A DNA stretch of 64,000 bases, taken from NCBI RefSeq assembly GCF_009914755.1, contig NC_060938.1. The stretch is one strand, 5' to 3'. Under the pieces are notes generated by a model. That model worked only from the letters and a program-made list of their open reading frames with translations. It was not told where the DNA came from and made no database searches. Shown in pieces: positions 54,719 through 64,000 of the stretch. The position numbers and the translations under genes were made by a program. Position 1 is the first letter of the stretch. Each line of letters starts with the position of its first letter. The stretch is from the human T2T-CHM13v2.0 reference genome, Homo sapiens.

Positions 54719-55767
54719 TACATACATTCATGAGAAGGCTTATTATATTACTCTTTCCCAAAATATTTGTATTTTATATCATAACAAGCCTTAGTAGTGG
54801 GACATTTAGGCAGGCTACATGATCGACGAAGAAAAGAGGAAGAGTTAGAGAGAGAAGAGAAGACTCCTTTGTTGAAATTACTCCCTGCAGAGGTGGATGT
54901 CATCTTAATTAGTGAGCTTCATGGGTTCAGCAATGAGAAGGTCATTCAGACACCTGCATTTGGTTTAGAATCACTCTGTCTCATGGTTTCCCTTTCAGAC
55001 ACACCATCCTTTGACTGGTGTTCATGTTGGTGGCAAACAGATCCTTCAGTTATTTCTTTTTTCTCTCCATGATGACAGGTTTTTTTCCTTCTTAGGTCTG
55101 ACCAAATCCCTGTCTATAACTTTCAGCATTCAGCTAAGGGAGCAAAGTGCCCTGATTTATTTAGCAGAGTAAATGCTTTGGAGATGCTTCCCAGGTCATT
55201 CTTTACAAAAGATGACCTGGGATGGCTGTCCTTTTCTTGACAAGCCTCATAGGATGGCAATTTGTTAGGATCACTGAGAAAGCAAGGTCTGGTTCTCAGT
55301 TTTGCAGGCTCTGAATCAGAGTTTTATTACTGCACCAGAGGGTGATCAGGCCCTCGTGAGCTGGCGCATACTAATCTACCACATAAATCATAACCCTGCC
55401 GTACTCAGTTTTACTGAGATCTTTGACTGTCAAATGGACTACTTCTCTTGGCCAGCCTAACACCTTAGCTTACAAAGTCAGGAGCTCTCTTTGTGAGAAT
55501 AAGGATGGAGCAAAGGTACATATCAAAAAAGTGCCTCCACAAAATCTTCCAGAGGTCCCATCTAGAACTTCTAGGAAACCAGAGAATCCTACATTTTAGC
55601 TGTACTCACTGCACTCCCTTCTTCTTGCCTTTGAAACAGAGGTCTGCTTACTGAGAGTTAGGCTTCGAGAGTGGCAGAAAGAGCAATCCAAGAGGATACC
55701 TTCGTTGAAAGGAAATTGCCAAACAGAGTCAGTTATTCCATGTCTGATGCAGTCTCTTCAAACAGAC

Positions 55768-56016
55768 CAGTGGTTCTTAAACTCTTCTGCACATTAGAAT
55801 CACCTGGGAGCTTTCAAGAGTCCTGATACCTGGGCCACACCCCAAATCAATTGGATCAGAATCACCAGGGATGGGAGCCCGTGGCATCAATATCTTAGGG
55901 ATGCTAAAAATACCACAGAAATGTGTTGCCCATGAACTCAGATTATGGTTTTTGCGGATTCGTTTTTAAACTACCACAGGTGATTCCAATAAAAAGCCAA
56001 ATTTGTGAAACCACTG
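55768..56016. mobile_element. MER5A with about 70-bp internal insertion
   Basis: cagtggttcttaaact...cacattagaatcacctggg...aggtgattccaat...aaccactg. Confidence 0.82.
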
Positions 56017-56664
56017 AATAGGTCTGTGCAAATGATTTGCATAGTCACAGTCAGATTCCATTCTCCCCCAGACAAGGCTGGAAATAAATCTTTACTGTCT
56101 TTTTCTATCTGCCATCCTAATTAGGGGGTTTCAAGGTAAGGAAGGTTTGTATTTATATTTATATGCCAGACACAGAAGAGGCCTGTATGTACTTTGTCTC
56201 CTTAGTTCTGGACACAGTCTTCTCATCCCGATTCATAGGACTGAGCTACTTTAAAGTACATGTGTCAACCACAACCCTCCAGTTCTCCTTAATCAGAAAC
56301 TCTGAGATTGGATGCTGGGTATCTGAAGATTTTTTAAATTCCCCAAATGAGCTGATTCAAAACTAGGGCTAAGAATCTCTGAGCCAAGTAGATCACTGGC
56401 ATTTGAGACATTTTGTGGCACTTGTCATAATATCATTCTTTATTCAAGGCCAGATTATAGGGTGGTTCAATCAGACAAATACCTGTGGCACTTATATATT
56501 AGAAATGCTCAAACAAACAAACAAACCAAAACAAAACAAAAACAAAAACCATGGAAATATATTGTCAGTGAACTCAGTTCTTTGTCTATGCATCCTAACA
56601 CAAAGGACAAAATATAACATGGTTCCATTTCTACTAAAGTAGATCACCTTTCAGAAGAGATTAA

Positions 56665-57078
<414 letters not shown>

Positions 57079-57179
57079 TCAACACACTTGGTGCTTGCAT
57101 ATCTCAATCCAGCCCTAATACCATGTCTTATTTTCAATGATGGTATTTGGATTGGTCATTCTGAGGGAGACCGTATGAT

Positions 57180-57771
57180 AAAATAACAAAGCCAATAGCA
57201 TTGCCATTTATTGAGCACTTGCTGTGCACCTGGTGGTAGGTGCTTACTGTAACTTCTTACTTACCATAGCTTCTTTCATAGAGGGGAAGCATTCATCCAC
57301 TCATTCATTCAAGTATTGACTGCCTCCTATAGAAAAAGGCAGTAGATTATTTAATATTGCCAAGTACATAGGCTTTGGAATGAGACAGCATGGGTTTGAT
57401 GCCTGCGCTGTGAGCTATTGGTTGTTACCTCTTCTGTAAAATATGGATAGCAGTAAGATTACCATAAATGAGTGACTCATTAAAGCACTGAATGCAATGT
57501 CTGATAACTATTCAGTAAAAGTAATAACATCAGAGATGGTCATTGCTCCTATGTGTACTATGTGCTAGACACATGCTGGGTGGTGGGTACCCTTATCTCA
57601 TGAGCAAATTCAACCATCCGTTTGTTTATTCATCTATTTTAGTAAGTCATTCAGTCAACAAACCATTTTTTAATGCTGTGCTAGACTGTGAGAGCTCACT
57701 AGACTACAGGTAAGGAGCAGACAGACAGTAAACAAATCATGGAAACTAGAGGTGATGAGAGCTGCGTGGAC

Positions 57772-57808
<37 letters not shown>

Positions 57809-58000
57809 TGTGTGTGTGTAGTGCCCTGGCAGTGGAGAGGAAGGGGCCAGGACCTTGGGGAGGAGGCAGTAGCCAAAAGCTTCATGGAGACACTTGAGCA
57901 GTTTCTGGAAGGAATTGCTGCAGTGCGAGACCTGAGGGTGGGAAGTAGGTAGGAGAAGAGCATTCCAAGCAGAGGAAAAACCATGCAACAGTGTAGGTTT
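57180..58000. mobile_element. Mixed MIR (plus strand, about 57330-57530) and L2 (minus strand, about 57640-58000) fragments
   Basis: ggctttggaatgagacag..gggtttgat; ggaagagcattccaagcagaggaaa. Confidence 0.55.
57774..57819. repeat. (GT)n microsatellite with one interruption
   Basis: Read directly. Confidence 0.95.
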
Positions 58001-61000
58001 CTAGGATGATAGCCATCGCTGGCTGGAGAGAAAGGGCCTTGACTTTTCTCTGGATTTGGCAGTCTAAGGGGTTAGGATTTGATTTTTGAGCTGCAGATTT
58101 AGATCCAACTACTATACTCCTCTATATCCAATCTTCATTAAGATTTAATGAATTACCTATGTAGTCCTTATGAATTAATTGAGCAAAGCTGTAGGCAAGT
58201 AGTGTTTTCACTGTAGCAATCACTCAGTCATTTACTGGCAAGAAACTATGAGTACAAAGGCAAAAACAAAATTTGGTTTGAAGAACTATTTTGCAATGAA
58301 TATATCAATAAAATTTTCCTACTATCTATCAGTTGGATTCATTAGCTTTTAAATATCAAATGCATGATTCTACAGCAAAACGGGCTTTTGAAATGTTAAC
58401 AGAAAGAGGTATTATCAACATGCACTTATTAGGTTAGAATATATTCTAAACACAAAGGATCCCATCACTGGGGTTTTCATAGAAAGCTCTGCTGACGCAG
58501 CTTACAAAATACAGACCAAACCTGTAGCAGGTTGTGTCACTCACCCGACTCCAGAGGAACCCACTTTGAATGCTTCTACACACTCCTAGCAGCCAGAATG
58601 TCTCCTGGGAAGTACATTTTAGCCCTTATATCTAAATCCTTGCAACAAAATATAAGAAAAAAAAATAGAAGACGATGCCCAATAGTGACTGTTGGGAATG
58701 AAGGTCATGTTTATTTTCTTTTCATACTTTTCTGTACTTTCCAAATTTTCTGTAATGAATGTATTTAACTTCTTAAACATTCTCCAAAAACTACATAATT
58801 TAAAACATCATGAGAATACAGGAAAGACACTTGGGCTTCACATGTAGTCTATTTCGCTTTGTCGAATGGAACTGTGACAAAGACATTGACCGCAGTGCTT
58901 AAGTGCCTCAAAAAAAATTACTCCTGTTTCTGCTGTAAAATTTGTTAACTTTCACTCCTGTATATTTTCCTTTCTTAATGACATCTTGTTTTGGAGTTTA
59001 TGATTTAACTAATTTTATTTTAATGTGTGATTTTAAATCAAATTATTGTCACAGCTGATAAAACAATTGTAATATAATGGCTTAACATTGATCTATTCCT
59101 TAGAAAAGCTTTGCAAGAAACCTAATAGGAGCAAGAGACTTGGAGGTAATTCATTAAAATTTCTCCAAAGAACTTATACCGAAGCACATGAAGTCAATAA
59201 TGACAACATTTTAATCATTTATAAATACCAATAGCTAATATCATAATTTGATAATCAAATCAGGATTAATATAATCTTACAGACTGCTTCTTAAGAAATT
59301 AAATTATACAGAAAAAAGTCATCTCCTGGTCATACTCTTACACAGCAATAAATATTTTAATTGTAAATGTGCCTTTTAGAACCTTTAAATTTCAAAAAGA
59401 TGAGGAGGAGGACAGATCCTGTGTACTTACTAATCTGTAAATAGAGTACCAGGCCAAGAATCAATTCTGAAATGCGGCATCAATTGCACAGGCTTCCACT
59501 TAGTTTTAGTTGAATAAAAGCCCTACTAGATACGCAAATAACATCAAACTTGCAGGATTAAAGAGAGGCCCCTCATACTCTAAATCATGATTGTCAATCA
59601 TCACCCAGGATTAAGGGATATATTTTTAAAACCTAAAAGCAAGCGCCTCCTTTTAACTTCTGCCTACTGCGCATTTTGGATTATCGCCCAGAAATAGTAT
59701 TACTTGAAACAAGACTGCCTCCCTCCTACCATCTATGAGAAGTGCATTGTTACCATCTGCTGTTGTCTATTTGGAATAAAACTCAGCAAGGCATGCAGCT
59801 TAATGTTCAGAGCCCTTCAGCAGACTATGCTTGTGTTTAGAACGCAGCTTCACATTTAAATGGAGCCGATTTTCGATTTAGTCAGTGTTTTCTCAAATTG
59901 CTATCCTCCCCACCAGAAAGAAGCAAATTAGTCTAAGAACTAAGACGACCACAACATATTTACATTGTAAAGTGGAAACTTCCTTTAAACCCTTCAGTGA
60001 CCAGTGAAGCTTTATTTGTAAACTCTCCAGGTTTATTCAGGTGAATAATTTCCCCATTTTGTATTTTCTCATTAGCATTACCCTCTCCAGGCATCCATAT
60101 TACTTTCACTATTAGAAAATATTATTTTAAAAAGCATGTGTTCTTAGGAAATAAGACTCAAAAGATGTAATCATCAAAGGGCCTTGGAACAGTTGGTGCC
60201 CTTGTAGGCCAGTAGTTAAGTGCAAATAATATCTCTAAAGTATCCACAACAAACTGATAACAGGTTTCTTCATCTAGAGGTAGGAGGAGACAGAAAGTTT
60301 GGAGGGGGAAAGACATTTTACTTGCCTCTTATTTTCTTGTGCTTTTTATTGACATGTAAATGTATTAATATTTTTAAATGTATTAAACATTTTTTAGTTA
60401 TAACCAATAAGAATATTTAAAATTGTGAAAAAGAAAGAAAATATATACTGGTTCTTTAAATTTAAAAAAATCACATTCCAGGACTAATCTTATCAAGAAA
60501 TAACTTTTTAATAAGATTATTAAAACAAAGTATTAATTTCTGAAAAGTTCAGCATTCTATTAAAGTACTAACAAAACACTGAATTACAACCCAACAGGTT
60601 GCTTCATTGAATTCATTCATCTGCTCCTGGCAAAGACATTCCAAATTTGAACTTAATTAATATTCCTTCTCCTGGTTTCCATAGTTTCTTTTTAAACATG
60701 AGTACCAGCAGAAACTGGCGGTAACTTTACCCATATTCTCAATAATAACCCCCTCTGGCTGTCAATATGTAGGAAAAGGAAAATTTTTTCCATACCCAGA
60801 AGAGCCGCCATTTTCATGCCTTTTGTTTAAAAATATACTGGTAACATTTCTTTCTCTCTCTTTGTTATTTCACATATGCAGTTTGACACACTTAATTCTT
60901 TCCCTGCCTGTGGCTCACTCAATGCTCAGATAAACAATAAATACTTAAGAGTAGTGTTGCAATTCCTGGATCTGAACAACACCCTCCCGTTCTACCTTTC

Positions 61001-62152
61001 CATACCCTCAGATCTGCAGGGCTCTGCAAAACTGGGACCTGATAATTAAATGTCCTGGTTGGAATCAATATTATGGCTTGAAAGTTAGTTGGGTATGGAA
61101 CATTTCTTTGTTTCTATTCTAACATCCGAATGAAGATTTTGGCCACCATAAACAAAGGAATAAATTGGTAAGAATAATATCTGTATGAGTAAATGACAGG
61201 TGGATTCACTAAAGTGATTGGTTTAGGCACCACTAAAACACTGTATTCCATACATTTTCTCTAATGCTAGGTATTTTCTCCTAGCCCAGAGTGGATAGAG
61301 TCAGTCTCAGACCTAGTCTTGGGCTTCCTCTCTGTGCCTCTCCTCCTCTCGTATCCCTGCTTGTCCTACCCTGGCTGATTGCTTTCGTGAATTACTATGC
61401 TGGAGGGCTGTAGCAGCATACTAAGCATTTCTGTATCCACTTCATTTTAGTCTAGAATGTCCATGTCTTTCTGCCATGATGCTGTTGCTCTTATTTTTCA
61501 TCTAGCTTTCCCATCTCTGTGCCTTGACACATTCTACACTGCCGATGCAAAATATTTCTGCCAAGTAAATGTGTCTGTTGTGGGTTACAATAAGGTTTAC
61601 AGCCTTGATCTGGCATGAGCTCCATTTCCTCTGGTTTGCACAAATCAGGTCTGGACCACACATCACATCAGCCTTTGTGGCCCCTGCTTGTGCTGCTTTT
61701 AGCATTCCCTCCTCACTGGCCATCAGTGTCAGAAGTACATATGTAGACCCCACCCAAGAGGCCACATGGTCAGTGACCTCTCTGGTTACTTCTCTTTGGT
61801 CTTGCTGACAACCATGGCTATAAGAAGAAGTAACCACACAGGGCAGTCTGTTCTCACGGCCAGTACTGGCCTTGTCTTATCCATTGCTACTCTATGAAAC
61901 TCTCTGATCCCCTTTCCTCTGAAAGGTTTTCAGTGAAAAAAATAAACTTGCAAGCAAAGGTCAATTAGAAAGACAACATGCCAGGAAACAATAGACTACT
62001 TTTTTTCTCATTGTATATTTCTCCAAAACTTTCTTTCTCCCCCTATGATTATATGTCAAAGGAAAAAATGCCTGTTTTTAATATGAAAAAGATGGGGCTT
62101 GCATTGAAACAACTGTTTCCCAAAGTCCTAAGAATAAACCCAAATGGAATTT

Positions 62153-62480
62153 TTTGTTTATCAATTTAATTTATTATTATTATTATTATTTTGAGACAGA
62201 GTCTTGCTTGCTCTGTCACCCAGGCTGGAGTGCAGCAGTGTAATCTCCACTCACTGCAACCTCCACCTCCTGAGTTCAAGCCATTCTCCTGCCTCAGCCT
62301 CCTGAGCAGCTGGGACTACAGGTGCGTGCGCTACTGTGCCTGGCTAATTTTTGAATTTTTAGTAGAGACAGGGTTTCACCATGTTGGCCAGGCTGGTTTC
62401 AAACTCCTGACCTCAGGTGATCCACCCACCTCAGCCTCCCAAACTGCTGGAATTACAGGTGTGAGCCACCGTACCCAGCC
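62153..62480 (-). mobile_element. AluS with (tta)n tail
   Basis: Dimer; approximate TSD ccaaatggaattt / ccaaataggattt. Confidence 0.95.
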
Positions 62481-62529
62481 CCAAATAGGATTTAAATTCA
62501 AATAAATTTAAAATGTGCTTACCTTAAAT

Positions 62530-62680
62530 TTTGAAAAATCTAAATAATATCACTGAAGAACATAAAACCAGATGAAAAGCTATACTATGTTCTGTGATAG
62601 AAATAACTTAATATTATAAAAATACCAATCTCCTCCAAATGAATATACCAATGCAATGTAGTTTCAATTAGAATGTCAGC
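62530..62680 (+). mobile_element. Old L1 ORF2 fragment
   Basis: tatactatgttc...acttaatattataaaaataccaatctcctccaaatgaatata, like the L1 ORF2 RLNIVKMSILPKLIY region. Confidence 0.55.
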
Positions 62681-62681
62681 C

Positions 62682-62896
62682 AACATGGCAGACATGCATA
62701 CTGTGCATATCTCCTCTGCTTGCTTACATTCTTCATTGTCCCATCAGATTTCATTTAGCAGAACACAATTTCAAAGATAAAATTATCAAGAATTGCAAGA
62801 CGGTGACAGCAGGGCATTAAACCAAATATAGACTCTTCTGGAGGCTAGTGAGCCCTGGGCAACTGCACAGGTCACACAAATATAAAGCTTACCCTG
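62682..62896 (-). mobile_element. MER45-family (hAT-Tip100) terminal fragment
   Basis: cattgtcccatcag...aagacggtgacagcagggcattaaacca...actgcacaggtcacac...ccctg. Confidence 0.78.
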
Positions 62897-62899
62897 CCA

Positions 62900-63160
62900 T
62901 TCTGGCCACCATATTTAAAACTGAAACTCTTTCTCATCAACTCTTCTTTTTCTCTGTTCCTTGATCTATTTTCCCCTCCCAAAACACTTATCACTTTCTA
63001 ATGTATTGTATAACTGGTTTATTAATTATGTTGATTGTCTGCTTTCAGCTGCTAGGATGTAAGCTCAGCAATGTCTGGAGTCTTGTTCATTGATGTACCT
63101 CACATGCCTAGGACAGTGCATAGTAGGTGCTCAATAAATATTTACTGAATTGAACAAATG
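62900..63160 (+). mobile_element. L2a 3' end
   Basis: ctaggatgtaagctc...tgcctaggacagtgcatagtaggtgctcaataaatatttactgaat. Confidence 0.85.
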
Positions 63161-63310
63161 ACAAGATAAACCCTTGAATGCTAATTGGGCATCTATCCTA
63201 GGATAATAAGAACTTGTGCGGTAGAGTCTTGTGGTGATGGTTAACTGGAAATGTGTGCATTGACTTCTGAACTTTGGGCACCCTTCCATGGAGAGCAAAG
63301 GAGACACTGG

Positions 63311-63317
<7 letters not shown>

Positions 63318-63359
<42 letters not shown>
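63318..63359. repeat. (AC)21 microsatellite
   Basis: Read directly. Confidence 0.97.
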
Positions 63360-63362
<3 letters not shown>

Positions 63363-64000
63363 TTCTGTTGCTCATTTGCTGGTTTGTCAGATAACTGAGT
63401 AAAAGCAACCTTATACTAGGGCCATGTTGTCATTATCACTCATCTTTAAACTTGGACCAAGCTTGAGGGTCTGGCAAACTAATAAAGCAAACTTCAGATC
63501 AGGCTCTGGGGCTGGCCTAGTCCAACATTCAGGCAACATTATTACCTACTAGCCCATTAATTCTTACCCACTAGCTCAGAAAGTGTGTACTCTCTAAGTA
63601 AGGAAAGGATTACTCCCTAAACTCTACATGTTTGTGCAGGTGTTTCTAACCTCTGCTCATGCTATGAAGGGCCAACATTGGTATTAAACATGCTGCATAT
63701 TTAAGCATGAAAAGTATGGATTTTCCAAGAGTAAGGAAGAGTTTTGGAAGCTATGTCAATCAAAATTTGTGGCACGACTATTAACAGGGTTCAGCTCTGA
63801 GGGGCAGGATTATTGGGATTTTTCACTTCTAAAATTTTGTTTAAGTGATCTGCTTTTTAGGGGATTGCTGGATAGTTTGGGCTTCTGATAGTAGATACAT
63901 CCATTATATTCTGAGAAGTTCAGTTTGTTTGAGGAAACTTATCCAGAATAGGCTCTTTTGTCATACAAAATAAATTTATTAATTTTATCAGTTGATCTTG

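Overview
Primate (most likely human) non-coding genomic DNA, intergenic or intronic, AT-rich and dense in interspersed repeats. I find no protein-coding exon, rRNA, tRNA or CRISPR array that the sequence supports; the supplied ORFs look like chance or repeat-derived frames. Content: about 20 Alu/FLAM/FRAM copies, MIR, L2, L3/CR1 and old L1M fragments, MaLR LTRs, and DNA-transposon fossils (Tigger, MER1B, MER5A, MER58A, MER45, a Tip100-type relic). Larger elements are a complete MLT1A provirus with intact TSD, an LTR16/ERV-L provirus relic with translatable gag and pol remnants, and a truncated MER11A LTR nested in an L1. I cannot support a new biological system. The best leads are the non-colinear pol domains in the ERV-L relic, a probable ancient L1 3' transduction, a VNTR grown from an Alu tail junction, a tandemly duplicated hairpin, a CCAAT-CRE-TATA cassette and candidate minus-strand non-coding exons. 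Family names come from my recall of consensus sequences, not from a database search, and boundaries of old repeats are approximate.
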